35,168 nt of DNA from Aciduliprofundum sp. (GCA_002878135.1 PNIT01000043.1:1-35168), one strand, 5' to 3'; shown: positions 18,563 through 28,332, numbered from the stretch's first letter. Notes: a model not told the origin generated them from the letters alone. Numbers and translations are program-made.

Positions 18563-18982
18563 TCAGACAAGTGTTTTCTTATTCAGCTCATTCAGCTTTT
18601 CAAAATAGTTGTAAACCTGTTTTGAATATTCAACTATCCTCCTCACCCTTTCATCATGATCCTGCATACTTATTATTGGAAGGAGGAATTTCTCCATGAT
18701 CTCCTGCCTTCTCCTTTCAAAAACATCTATGAAGTTTATATTCGCCGTGTATTTAGTGGTACCATTTTCCCTGTTTTTCTCCACGAGACCCTCCTTCATA
18801 AGATAGCTTATTGATGAATATATTCTTGCAATTGAATAATTAATTTTTCCAGCTATTTCCATTATGGTGAGTGGCTCATTTGAAAGTGCCAGAAGCGCAT
18901 ATATGGTACTTTCCGCATCTCCAAAACCAAGATACTGCATCATCTTCTTTATTGTTTGCATGAGCTCTTCCTTTTTATCCAT
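18563..18982 (-). CDS. Winged-HTH transcriptional regulator (TrmB/GbsR-like N-terminus)
   Basis: LGFGDAESTIYALL...PLTIMEIA...YSSISYLMKEGLVEK. Confidence 0.8.
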   Translation of the reverse strand: MDKKEELMQTIKKMMQYLGFGDAESTIYALLALSNEPLTIMEIAGKINYSIARIYSSISYLMKEGLVEKNRENGTTKYTANINFIDVFERRRQEIMEKFLLPIISMQDHDERVRRIVEYSKQVYNYFEKLNELNKKTLV

Positions 18983-18990
18983 ATACCCAT

Positions 18991-19023
18991 GGAAAAATTA
19001 AAGCTAGCTTAAAAAATTTTTCC
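18991..19023. promoter_or_regulatory. Inverted repeat, candidate operator between HTH regulator and CDF transporter
   Basis: GGAAAAATT ... AATTTTTCC flank the palindrome AAGCTAGCTT (19001-19010). Confidence 0.4.
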
Positions 19024-19074
19024 CCAGCTGAGGTAGAATATTAATAAAATAACCTTAAATACGCTGAAAAAATT

Positions 19075-20223
19075 ATGAGACAGATGAGAAGGGAGCAGTA
19101 TGCCTACCTTGAGGGTACGGTAAGCGTGGCAGGTAACATTGTCATATTCATTCTCAAATTATATATAGGTATAATGATAAATAGTCTCTCCCTGATCTCT
19201 GACGCATACCACACATTGACGGATATCATTGGATCCATTATAATAATTATAGGATTTTATTTTGCAAGCAGACCACCGGATGAACTCCATCCCCTGGGTC
19301 ATGGGAGGATAGAGCACCTGACAACACTCATGGGTGCCATAGTACTATTCCTCACGGGGGGTTTCATAGTATTCGAGGGTTTTCTCAGGCTGCTGAAACC
19401 TGAGGAGATAATATTCAACATATTCTTCATCGCAGTTATACTCCTTACGGTTATAATAAAGGAGGGTATGGCTAGGCTTGCATTCCACTATGGAAGGAAG
19501 ATAGAAGGCGATGCACTTAATGTTGATGCCTGGCATCACAGGAGCGATGCTCTCCTTTCAATCGGTGTCATTGCAGTAATATTCCTCAATGGATACTTCA
19601 TCTACCTTGATGGCATTTTCTCAATATTCGTGGGTATTCTGATAATATACGAGGCCATGATTTTTTCAAGGAAGGGCATAAGTAAACTTCTGGGTGAAAG
19701 TCTCCCAGATGAAAAGATGAGGATTCTCCGTGATATATTTTCAAGGAATGGAGTTAAGGCACATGACATAATGGTTCATGACTACGGTAACAGGAAGATA
19801 ATTACACTGCACATTGACCTTGACTCTTCAATAAGTGCAGGCGAGGCTCACATGATAGCTAGCAATGTTGAAAATGATATAAGGGATAGGCTTGGTATGG
19901 ATGCAACAGTTCATGTGGATACATATGATGTTAACCTAAGCAACAGTATAGAACTTGATTTCAGGGAGATAATAAAATCCTTCCCCGAGATAAAGGGTTA
20001 CAGGGATTTTGAGATATATTCATCCTCAAGGGGTCCACATGCTGATGTCTTCCTGTATTTTGATCCTGGGATAACCCTTGAAAAAATGGAGGATATATCA
20101 AACTCACTGGAAAAATTATTCATTAAAAAATATGGAATAAGGCTTTTTACACATTTTGAATCAATTCACCAAAATATTAATTTAAGTGAAAAAAATACAG
20201 AACATGTAGGTGATCAAAGATGA
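19075..20223 (+). CDS. Cation diffusion facilitator (FieF-like) with two C-terminal dimerization-like domains
   Basis: SDAYHTLTD, HPLGHGRIE, DAWHHRSD; C-terminal segments end TVHVD and FTHFE. Confidence 0.9.
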   Translation: MRQMRREQYAYLEGTVSVAGNIVIFILKLYIGIMINSLSLISDAYHTLTDIIGSIIIIIGFYFASRPPDELHPLGHGRIEHLTTLMGAIVLFLTGGFIVFEGFLRLLKPEEIIFNIFFIAVILLTVIIKEGMARLAFHYGRKIEGDALNVDAWHHRSDALLSIGVIAVIFLNGYFIYLDGIFSIFVGILIIYEAMIFSRKGISKLLGESLPDEKMRILRDIFSRNGVKAHDIMVHDYGNRKIITLHIDLDSSISAGEAHMIASNVENDIRDRLGMDATVHVDTYDVNLSNSIELDFREIIKSFPEIKGYRDFEIYSSSRGPHADVFLYFDPGITLEKMEDISNSLEKLFIKKYGIRLFTHFESIHQNINLSEKNTEHVGDQR

Positions 20224-20813
20224 AAGACATAGATGAACTTGCAAAAAAGGCCCTTGAACTTAAGAACAAGGGGATCCCCGAGAAGGAGATTGCTACAGAA
20301 TTGCATCTTTCAACACAAACTGTACAATGGTTATTGTCCAGAGGTTTTGAAAAGAAGGTTTCTGCCCCTAAGGATGTTAGGATAGGGTGGAGGTCAGTGG
20401 GTGTTTATCCTTACAGGATTTCCAAGCTTGCTGAAATATTTTCTGATATAATACTGGAGGAAATGAATTCAAAGAGTTTTTCAGTGGATTCTATTGTTGG
20501 TATTGCGATAAATGGTATTCCAATAGCAACATTTGTTGCTGAGCAGCTAGATTCTGAACTAATAATTTACAGACCAAGCCCAACGGACAAGGAGGGTACA
20601 TTCAGCTCAAACTATGCATCGGTGGCGGGTAAGAACGTCGTTATAGTGGATGATGTTGTGAGTACAGGGGAAACAATGTCAAAGGCTATAAGGGACATAA
20701 AGAAAAACGGTGGAAATCCAGTTCTGGCAATCTGCATAGTGAACAAGCAGACAAACGATGAGATCGATGGTGTTGTTCTGAGATCCCTGATAAGGACCAG
20801 GTTAATAGAATAA
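20220..20813 (+). CDS. gfcR: PRT-family protein with N-terminal HTH (PyrE-like, transcriptional regulator GfcR)
   Basis: EIATELHLSTQTVQWLL, APKDVRIGWRSVG, FSSNYA, VIVDDVVSTG. Confidence 0.88.
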   Translation: MKDIDELAKKALELKNKGIPEKEIATELHLSTQTVQWLLSRGFEKKVSAPKDVRIGWRSVGVYPYRISKLAEIFSDIILEEMNSKSFSVDSIVGIAINGIPIATFVAEQLDSELIIYRPSPTDKEGTFSSNYASVAGKNVVIVDDVVSTGETMSKAIRDIKKNGGNPVLAICIVNKQTNDEIDGVVLRSLIRTRLIE

Positions 20814-20814
20814 C

Positions 20815-21282
20815 TTATTCCTTCTTTATTAAATCCCCCAGGGTGAGTTTTTCATTCTTAGTCTTTGATATGGTTTCACCGTGGATCACCTTTTCAGTCA
20901 ATTTTATTGAATAGAACCTTTCAAGTTTTCTTATGAGCTCCTTATCAGGTTTCATCTCACCCCTCTCAATCTTAGAAAGAACATTCTTCTTCTCAAGGAG
21001 TTTTTTTGCAGCGTCCTCAAGTGAAAGATTCCTTGATTCCCTGGCATGCCTCAACCTTTCACCATAATCATCCACGAGTACCTCACTCTCATCCAGAAGG
21101 TCATTCTGCTTCCTCTGCTCCCTCTGCTGTGGAACCATCTGTGGATGCTCTCTTTTAACTATCTTCTTCTCCTCAATGGGTACACCGAGGCGAGCACAAT
21201 CATCGCATACATTCATCACTGCCCCCTCAATTAACACCTTCCTCAACCTCGGAACATTCTTTCCACAAACCTCACATATCAT
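20815..21282 (-). CDS. Archaeal multiprotein bridging factor aMBF1
   Basis: CEVCG...IEGAVMNVCDDC zinc ribbon, Cro-like HTH, terminal LTLGD; divergent from pan. Confidence 0.92.
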   Translation of the reverse strand: MICEVCGKNVPRLRKVLIEGAVMNVCDDCARLGVPIEEKKIVKREHPQMVPQQREQRKQNDLLDESEVLVDDYGERLRHARESRNLSLEDAAKKLLEKKNVLSKIERGEMKPDKELIRKLERFYSIKLTEKVIHGETISKTKNEKLTLGDLIKKE

Positions 21283-21427
21283 CTTACTTCACTGATAATT
21301 GTAAACAAATTTTTTATAAAACCTTTTCTGAGATTTTTATTTTAAAAGAACTAATTTTTTTATAAATACAGAAATTTCTAGAAAAATAAATATATGTGTT
21401 TTAAATAATTGTGATAAAGGTGAGTAA

Positions 21428-22609
21428 ATGGCAAAGGATGATGTGGAGCCTGGCATATCATTTGATATAGAGAGGGAGGAATTTTTAAAGCATCTAAGGA
21501 TTCTTGAGAGTGAAAAGAGGTATCTGGAGAATGAGATTAAAAGGCTCCAGTTTGAGCTTGACCAGATGAAGAGGGAACTGAACAGATTGAGGGCGCCGCC
21601 ACTCCTCCTCGGTAATGTTGAGGATGTTCTATCTGACAAAAAGGTGGTGGTGAGGAGCTCCACAGGACCATCATTCGTTGTCAATGTATCAGATAATGTT
21701 CCATACGAGAAATTAAAATCCGGTGTCAGGGTAGCACTCAACAAGACAACACTTGCTGTGATAGGTGTTTTGCCTGAAAGCTATGATCCATCTGTTGTTG
21801 CAAGCGAAATAATAGCAAAGCCAGATATTACATACGAAGACATAGGTGGATTAGAGGAGCAGCTGAGAGAGGTGAGGGAGACCGTTGAACTGCCTCTCCT
21901 GCACCCTGAACTTTTCAGGAAGGTGGGCATAGAACCTCCAAAGGGCATTCTCCTGATAGGCCCTCCCGGTACTGGTAAAACACTCATAGCAAAGGCAGTT
22001 GCACACCATACAAATGCTACATTCATAAGAACCGTTGGTTCCGAACTTGTAAGGAAATATATAGGAGAGGGTGCAAGGCTCGTGAGGGAGCTCTTTGATC
22101 TTGCAAGAGAGAAATCACCTTCCATACTCTTCATAGATGAGATTGATGCAATAGGTGCCAGGAGGATGGATCTATCAACATCGGGAGACAGGGAGGTGCA
22201 GCGCACTCTCATGCAGCTCCTGGCAGAGATAGATGGATTTGATCCCCTTGGCAATGTGAAAATAATAGCAGCAACAAACAGGCCAGATATACTTGATGAG
22301 GCCCTGATAAGGCCAGGAAGATTTGACAGGATCATAGAGATACCGCTGCCGGATGAAAATGCAAGGGAGCAGATATTCAGGATACACACAAGGAATATGA
22401 GTGTAAAGGATGCTGACTTAAGGGTACTCGCCAGGGAAACAAAGGGAATGTCCGGTGCAGACATCAAGGCCATATGCACGGAGGCGGGCATGAATGCAAT
22501 AAGGGAAATGAGGGATTATGTTACAATGAGGGATTTCATCAAGGCCATAGAAAAGGTTAAAAAATCGACGGGGGGAGAGGAAGTCACCCCCGGACATATG
22601 TTTGGATGA
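21428..22609 (+). CDS. pan: Proteasome-activating nucleotidase
   Basis: N-terminal coiled coil, PPL, SSTGP OB domain, [34 protein letters not shown], HbYX-like tail MFG. Confidence 0.96.
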   Translation: MAKDDVEPGISFDIEREEFLKHLRILESEKRYLENEIKRLQFELDQMKRELNRLRAPPLLLGNVEDVLSDKKVVVRSSTGPSFVVNVSDNVPYEKLKSGVRVALNKTTLAVIGVLPESYDPSVVASEIIAKPDITYEDIGGLEEQLREVRETVELPLLHPELFRKVGIEPPKGILLIGPPGTGKTLIAKAVAHHTNATFIRTVGSELVRKYIGEGARLVRELFDLAREKSPSILFIDEIDAIGARRMDLSTSGDREVQRTLMQLLAEIDGFDPLGNVKIIAATNRPDILDEALIRPGRFDRIIEIPLPDENAREQIFRIHTRNMSVKDADLRVLARETKGMSGADIKAICTEAGMNAIREMRDYVTMRDFIKAIEKVKKSTGGEEVTPGHMFG

Positions 22610-22672
22610 ATCAGGGACTCATAGGGTTCATCACAGCATATGCTCAGCTGACCCTCTTTTCATCACATTCAT
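22606..22672 (-). ncRNA. Box C/D methylation guide sRNA
   Basis: Minus strand: ATGAA-T-[C GTGATGA]-AAAGAGGGTCAG-[D' CTGA]-GCATATGCT-[C' GTGATGA]-ACCCTATGAGTCC-[D CTGA]-TTCAT. It has four consensus boxes, 12 and 13 nt guides and a 5-bp terminal stem. Confidence 0.92.
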
Positions 22673-23187
22673 TGGTAATTGTATCCTAGCCTGACGGCAT
22701 CAAGATTCTCCTTTTCTGTTCCTCTGGGGACAGATTCCTCCACCGCCCTTATCAGGGATTCCTTTGAAACAACATTTGTTTTAGCCACGAGGAAACCAAG
22801 CATTATCATGTTCACGGATGTTGTCTTATTGAACTTTTCCCTGGCAAGCCTGGTGGCGGGGATTCCGTATATTCTCTCCGTCTCCCTTGGTTTTACAAGT
22901 TCACTCTCATATATAAGTATGCCTGTGGATTTTAATGTACCCAGGGCAGAATCATATCCCTGCTGTGAAAAGGCTACGAGTATATCAGGTTCAAGAACAT
23001 ATGGATAGTCTATCTTCTCATCCGATATTACAACCGAAGAGCTTGAAAATCCACCCCTTGTCTCTGCACCATAGCTTTCTGTGAATACTGCCTCCTTCTT
23101 CTCATAGATTGCTGCAGCCTTGCCCAGAATCAGACCCGCAAGTATTACCCCCTGTCCCCCACTTCCGACAAACTTAATTCCTACCAT
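22669..23187 (-). CDS. 2-oxoacid:ferredoxin oxidoreductase gamma subunit
   Basis: GSGGQGVILAG, SYGAETRGG, PDILVAFSQ, IPAT, NMIMLG. Confidence 0.9.
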   Translation of the reverse strand: MVGIKFVGSGGQGVILAGLILGKAAAIYEKKEAVFTESYGAETRGGFSSSSVVISDEKIDYPYVLEPDILVAFSQQGYDSALGTLKSTGILIYESELVKPRETERIYGIPATRLAREKFNKTTSVNMIMLGFLVAKTNVVSKESLIRAVEESVPRGTEKENLDAVRLGYNYQ

Positions 23188-23192
23188 AATTA

Positions 23193-23570
23193 TTACTTCA
23201 CTCTTATTTTATTTCTGTCTATCTTTATTCCGCTTGGAGTCACAAAAAGGTAGTTCTTACCAATGGCAACAACGTCTCCATCAACGTCCTTCGCTACATT
23301 CTTCAATTCGCTTATTATCCTCCTTAATGTGAGTTCATCCTCAGCCACTGGCGTATAATCAAGTATGAGGATGTCACCGTTATAAACGAACTCTGAGAAA
23401 TCCTTTACCTCTTCAAACCTGTATATCTCCCCTATCCTTACCATTGGTCCGCTTCCACCAAGCTCAATTCCACCCTCGTATTCATTCAGATCAAGGTATT
23501 TTCTAGGCTCAACATTTGAAGCGGGCTTATCCAGAGGTTTAATCGGTCTCCTCCTGAAGAATGCTGGCAT
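23193..23570 (-). CDS. sepF: Cell division protein SepF
   Basis: YLDL linker, VYNGDILILD, ELKNVAKDVDGDVVAIG...VTPSGIKIDR. ATG at 23570 follows AGGTGA. Confidence 0.88.
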   Translation of the reverse strand: MPAFFRRRPIKPLDKPASNVEPRKYLDLNEYEGGIELGGSGPMVRIGEIYRFEEVKDFSEFVYNGDILILDYTPVAEDELTLRRIISELKNVAKDVDGDVVAIGKNYLFVTPSGIKIDRNKIRVK

Positions 23571-23650
23571 ATTTACTATCACCTATCATTAGGTAAGCAT
23601 ATAGGATAATAAAAATTTTGCGTAATTTTTCAAATATAAAAATTATGGTA

Positions 23651-24271
23651 TCAGTATACTATTCTTTTCAATATACCCTCCATTCTCTCATAGTCAACAA
23701 CAACAAATACCCTTTCACCCTCCCTATTCCCACTTATCATTCTTGCCATATGGGCCTCCCTCTCATCCTCTATCTCCCTGAAACCTGATATCCTGTTTAT
23801 CTCATTATCCCATTGCAAAGAGAATTCCTCGGGTGTTTTTGCACTGAACCTTTTTCTGTACAGCTTCTTCTTCCTTAGGGAATGTCTTATGAGCATGAAT
23901 GTGCTTATCTTATTTGTATATAGCTCTGAATATTCCTTCTCATCCAGATCTATGGCTACTATCCTTACATTCTCCTTTAAGGACATCTCCACGGCCTTGA
24001 GGTATGAGGGTACTGGCAGCTTTACCTTTCCAAATCTCTGAAGGTTCAGCCCCCATATTATCTCATAATCCGATATATCCACCATGAAGGGATTTTTAAT
24101 GAACTCAAAAAGGCCCTCAAGATCCTCCTTGGAAATACCCACCATGATGAGATCGGGTTTAAATTCAATGAAAATTTTTTCAATATCCTTCTCCTCACTG
24201 AGCATGCCCCTTACAGTTCCATATATTAAATAATCCTTACCGTTGAGTTTAAGATTTAAACTTTTTTCCAT
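23651..24271 (-). CDS. Hypothetical protein with a degenerate TraB/Tiki-like pattern
   Basis: LIYGTV...KPDLIMV, IVAID, EREAHMA, VFVVVDYERMEGI. The start is placed at MEKSL. Confidence 0.55.
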   Translation of the reverse strand: MEKSLNLKLNGKDYLIYGTVRGMLSEEKDIEKIFIEFKPDLIMVGISKEDLEGLFEFIKNPFMVDISDYEIIWGLNLQRFGKVKLPVPSYLKAVEMSLKENVRIVAIDLDEKEYSELYTNKISTFMLIRHSLRKKKLYRKRFSAKTPEEFSLQWDNEINRISGFREIEDEREAHMARMISGNREGERVFVVVDYERMEGILKRIVY

Positions 24272-24374
24272 CACTGTAACTCCTAATTTTATTTGAAATA
24301 AAAATTTTGGCATAAGAATTTTTTAAAAAAACTTTATATTAATAAATGCAATACCTCTTGCAGGAGGTTAGCTT

Positions 24375-24602
24375 ATGGATATTACTACAGCTATATATGC
24401 TCTAGCGGCTGCCATATCTATGGCAGGAGGTCTTATAGGTACAGGTCTTGCGCAACAGGGTATAGGTGCAGCTGGGATGGGTGTGGTTGCTGAAAAACCT
24501 GAGAAGATGGGTCAGGTCCTATTCTTCCTTGTTATACCTGAGACCCTGTTCATATTCGGTTTTGTGTTTGGTCTGATCATACTTATGCACATCCTTGGTT
24601 GA
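24375..24602 (+). CDS. atpK: A-type ATP synthase subunit K (c, single hairpin)
   Basis: 75 aa, two TM helices, AQQGIGAAG...AEKP...IPET; SD GGAGGT. Confidence 0.93.
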   Translation: MDITTAIYALAAAISMAGGLIGTGLAQQGIGAAGMGVVAEKPEKMGQVLFFLVIPETLFIFGFVFGLIILMHILG

Positions 24603-24606
24603 AAAA

Positions 24607-25176
24607 ATGGCAATTGAAGATTTAATTAAGGAAATTGAAGAGAAGGGAAGGTTAGAGATTGAAATCATAAGGAAGGATACTCAGGAGAAGGTATCAAGAA
24701 TAATCAGTGACGCAAACGAAAAAGCAAGGAGGATCATTGAGGAGGGAAAAACTTCATTCTCAAAACAGCTTGAATATGAAAAGAGGAAGGCAATATCAAC
24801 AGTGAATATGGAGATGAAGATGCAGTACAGTAGAATTCTCAACGAGATAATTGACAGGAGCGTGGAAGGTGTAATAGGGAAATTATCATTGCTGAGAAAT
24901 ACCAAGGATTACAGTGATTATATCATAAGATCAATAAAAAAGGGTAAGGATCTCCTTGGAGATGATTCTGTGATAATAATATCTGAGAAGGACAGGGATC
25001 TTGTTAAAACAGAGAAAAAGGTAATGTTTTCACAGGGATTGGAGCCTCTGGGTGGAGTTATTATAGAATCACCTGATGGAAGAAAGAGGGCAGACTATTC
25101 AATAAGCACTCTTATAAACGAAAGAATGCTCTGGATAAAACAGGAGATATATGATAGAATAAAGGGGGAATTATAG
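24607..25176 (+). CDS. atpE: A-type ATP synthase subunit E
   Basis: N-terminal coiled coil, LGGVIIESPDG; operon position. Confidence 0.88.
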   Translation: MAIEDLIKEIEEKGRLEIEIIRKDTQEKVSRIISDANEKARRIIEEGKTSFSKQLEYEKRKAISTVNMEMKMQYSRILNEIIDRSVEGVIGKLSLLRNTKDYSDYIIRSIKKGKDLLGDDSVIIISEKDRDLVKTEKKVMFSQGLEPLGGVIIESPDGRKRADYSISTLINERMLWIKQEIYDRIKGEL

Positions 25177-25177
25177 G

Positions 25178-26251
25178 TTGCAGGGATTAATCTCTTATGC
25201 CTATGCATATGCGCGATCAAAGGCCATTGAGAGCAATCTCCTTGACATGAATAAATATGAGAATTTGATAGCTGCGCAGGATATACAGCAGATAATAAAT
25301 TCATTGCTTGAAACTGGCTACAGGGACTTCATTTCATTTTTCTCAACAAGGTACTCCGGGACAGATTTAATTGAAGTATCTGTGAACTCAGCACTTGTGA
25401 GGGTTTCAAGGATTGCACTAAGCACAACACCCAGGATTGGACTGGATGCCCTAAGGGCATACATATCCAAATGGGACATAAATAACATAAAAACCATAAT
25501 ATCATCAAAGGCTCTTGGAAGACCAGTGAGGGAGACAGAGACATTCCTGATAAGTGAGAGGGATCTTCCTGCTGGACTTTTTGCAGGTATGATTTCTCCA
25601 GAGGATTACAGGCTGATGGTGGAGGAGAATGATGTTGAATCGATTGTCAAATATCTCCTCAAATTCCCCTATGGAAAGGTGCTTATGGAAGGCCTGGAAT
25701 ACTACAGGAAGACAGGTGATACGGGTGAGATGCTCATACAGCTGGATCTCTTTTACTTTAAAAACCTCAGGGAGAAGGTAAGGATCTATCTTGGGAATGA
25801 GTTACCTGTGCTACATCTCATAGCAAGCCAGATAGACTCAAAAAATATAATGACAATAATCAGGGGTATGGAGCTCGGCATATCTGGTATGGATTTAAAG
25901 AATTATATGATAGATGGGGGATACATAACAAAGTCCAGACTTGATGATCTATTACAGTCATCAAGCGTTGATGAGGTGGTGGAGAAAATAAAGGATTTCT
26001 ACGATCTCACGGGTGCACTTGAGAAATTCCATTCAAACCACGACCTTAAGGACTTTGAGATAATGCTTGAAAAATATATAGTTGAGAAGAACATTACCTC
26101 ATTCAGGCTTGCTTCTCCTGGACTTGCGTCCGTGGTGGGATTGATCCTGATGTATGAGACTGAAAGGGAAAACATAAGGAAGATTTCCTATGGTAAGTAC
26201 TACGGTCTCTCACAGGATACCATAAGATCCATGCTGATAAGGGTGGTATAG
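25178..26251 (+). CDS. atpC: A-type ATP synthase subunit C
   Basis: YAYAYARSKA, WDINNIKTII, IDSKNI, ERENIRKI; TTG start. Confidence 0.9.
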   Translation: MQGLISYAYAYARSKAIESNLLDMNKYENLIAAQDIQQIINSLLETGYRDFISFFSTRYSGTDLIEVSVNSALVRVSRIALSTTPRIGLDALRAYISKWDINNIKTIISSKALGRPVRETETFLISERDLPAGLFAGMISPEDYRLMVEENDVESIVKYLLKFPYGKVLMEGLEYYRKTGDTGEMLIQLDLFYFKNLREKVRIYLGNELPVLHLIASQIDSKNIMTIIRGMELGISGMDLKNYMIDGGYITKSRLDDLLQSSSVDEVVEKIKDFYDLTGALEKFHSNHDLKDFEIMLEKYIVEKNITSFRLASPGLASVVGLILMYETERENIRKISYGKYYGLSQDTIRSMLIRVV

Positions 26252-26252
26252 G

Positions 26253-26579
26253 ATGGGGGATATCTACAGAATTGCTGTTGTGGGAGAAAGGGCGCTTGTG
26301 CTGGGATACAGGCTCCTGGGGTGCACAGAATGCTATGAGGAGACAGGAGAAGAGGGTGCAAAGAGAATAGTATCACTCTTAAAGAGGGATGATATTGGCA
26401 TAATAATTGCCTCGGATACCATAAGGGACAGCATGTCACAGCAGGAGCTGGAAATGGTAGAATCAACTATCCAGCCCCTGGTGGTTTTCGTACCTTCAAC
26501 AGCTGGCGTGAAGAAGCCGGAGGGGGAGGTGCTTCGCGAATATGTTAAGCGTGTATTAGGTATAGATATAGGAGTGTGA
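26253..26579 (+). CDS. atpF: A-type ATP synthase subunit F
   Basis: IAVVGE...GYRLLG, DIGIII, VKRVLGIDI. Confidence 0.92.
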   Translation: MGDIYRIAVVGERALVLGYRLLGCTECYEETGEEGAKRIVSLLKRDDIGIIIASDTIRDSMSQQELEMVESTIQPLVVFVPSTAGVKKPEGEVLREYVKRVLGIDIGV

Positions 26580-26585
26580 AATGTG

Positions 26586-28331
26586 ATGGGAATAATCTAC
26601 AGGGTATCAGGACCAGTGGTAATGGCAAAGGATGTTGAAAATGCAAAGATGTATGATGTGGTGCTTGTTGGGGAAGAGGGTCTAGTGGGTGAGATAATAA
26701 GGATATCTGGGAATACATCCATAATACAGGTGTATGAGGATACAAGTGGCCTGAGGCCTGGGGAACAGGTGAGGAATACAGGTTCACCCCTTTCAGTTGA
26801 GCTGGGGCCAGGTCTCCTGGGCAACATATACGATGGCATACAGAGACCCCTTCCTGTTCTCAAGGAGAAGAGCGGTAGCTTTATAAAAAGGGGAATAACG
26901 GCTGTTCCACTTGATGAGAATAAAAGATGGGAATTCATACCAGCCCTGAAGGCTGGTGATGATGTTTCCCCAGGGACCATTGTTGGTTATGTTAAGGAAT
27001 CCAGGACCATAGATACGAAGATCATGGTCCCATGGGGTATAAAGGGAAGGATAGCCAGTATTTCAGAGGGAAAATTCACAATAAGGGAGAATGTCTATTC
27101 CATTGAGACTGGAGGTAAAATGATTGACCTCGGTCTTACACAGAGATCCAATGTGAGGTTTCCGAGGCCATACAGGGAAAAATTACCTCCACATGTACCC
27201 CTTATAACGGGGCAGAGAGTAATAGATACATTCTTCACAGTTGCCAAGGGTGGTACTGCCTGTGTCATAGGACCATTTGGAAGTGGTAAGACTGTTATAC
27301 AGCACCAGCTTGCAAAATGGTCAGATACTGATATTGTTGTCTATGTTGGATGCGGTGAGAGGGGAAATGAGATGACTGAGGTACTTGTTACCTTCCCTGA
27401 GCTAATAGATCCCAGGACTGGTGGACCTCTTATGGACAGGACTGTACTCATAGCAAACACTAGCAATATGCCCGTGGCAGCGAGGGAGGCAAGCGTTTAT
27501 ACTGCAATAACTATAGCTGAGTTCTACAGGGATATGGGTTATGATGTTTCCCTCATGGCAGACAGCACAAGCAGGTGGGCGGAGGCAATGAGGGAGATTT
27601 CGGGTAGGCTGGAGGAAATGCCAGGTGAGGAGGGTTATCCAGCATATCTGAGCAGAAGGCTTGCAGAATTTTATGAGAGGGCGGGCAGGGTAATAAACAT
27701 AAATGGATCCCAGGGTTCTGTAACAGTTGTTGGAGCAGTTTCACCACCCGGTGGAGATACAAGTGAACCTGTTTCACAGGGTACACTCAGGCTCACAAAG
27801 GTTTTCTGGGCACTGGATGCATCACTTGCAAACAGGAGGCATTTCCCTTCAGTTAACTGGCTAACAAGCTATTCCCAGTACCATTCCACCGTGGGTGAAT
27901 GGTTTACAAAGAATGTAAGCCCGGACTGGAATATATACAGGGACAGGGCAATGGCGCTCCTTCAGCAGGAGGAGGAACTGCAGGAGATTGTACAGCTCGT
28001 TGGCCCTGACGCCCTTCCAGACAGGGAAAGGGTAATACTTGATACAGCGAAGTTGATAAGGGAGGATTATCTTCAGCAGAGCGCCTTTGATGAGATTGAT
28101 ACATACTGTTCATTAAAGAAGCAGAATCTGATGTTAAAGACAATTCTTCTTTTCCATGATGAGGCAATGAAATCACTTGAAGAGGGTATTACACTAAAAC
28201 AGATCATGTCCATGAAGGTAAGGGATGAGATAACGAGGATGAAGGAGATAGATGAGAAGAACCTTGACAGGATCCTGAGGATCATGGAGAACATAAGGAA
28301 TGAATTTTCCTCGCTGAAAGGGGGTAAATGA
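26586..28331 (+). CDS. atpA: A-type ATP synthase subunit A
   Basis: [40 protein letters not shown]. No intein. Confidence 0.98.
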   Translation: MGIIYRVSGPVVMAKDVENAKMYDVVLVGEEGLVGEIIRISGNTSIIQVYEDTSGLRPGEQVRNTGSPLSVELGPGLLGNIYDGIQRPLPVLKEKSGSFIKRGITAVPLDENKRWEFIPALKAGDDVSPGTIVGYVKESRTIDTKIMVPWGIKGRIASISEGKFTIRENVYSIETGGKMIDLGLTQRSNVRFPRPYREKLPPHVPLITGQRVIDTFFTVAKGGTACVIGPFGSGKTVIQHQLAKWSDTDIVVYVGCGERGNEMTEVLVTFPELIDPRTGGPLMDRTVLIANTSNMPVAAREASVYTAITIAEFYRDMGYDVSLMADSTSRWAEAMREISGRLEEMPGEEGYPAYLSRRLAEFYERAGRVININGSQGSVTVVGAVSPPGGDTSEPVSQGTLRLTKVFWALDASLANRRHFPSVNWLTSYSQYHSTVGEWFTKNVSPDWNIYRDRAMALLQQEEELQEIVQLVGPDALPDRERVILDTAKLIREDYLQQSAFDEIDTYCSLKKQNLMLKTILLFHDEAMKSLEEGITLKQIMSMKVRDEITRMKEIDEKNLDRILRIMENIRNEFSSLKGGK

Positions 28332-28332
28332 C

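Noticed and set aside
21781..22491. Long antisense ORFs (236 aa here; also 28073-28690, 837-1301, 11495-11989 and others)
   Set aside because: They are shadow frames opposite well-supported genes, with no recognisable motifs.
24375..24602. Na+-coupled ATP synthase
   Set aside because: Q and ET are present, but the downstream Tyr is Phe (PETLFIFG). As recalled, the same pattern occurs in the H+-coupled Thermus enzyme, so the coupling ion cannot be called.
26586..28331. Inteins in atpA (also radA, cdc6)
   Set aside because: Lengths are normal and the Walker A regions are uninterrupted.
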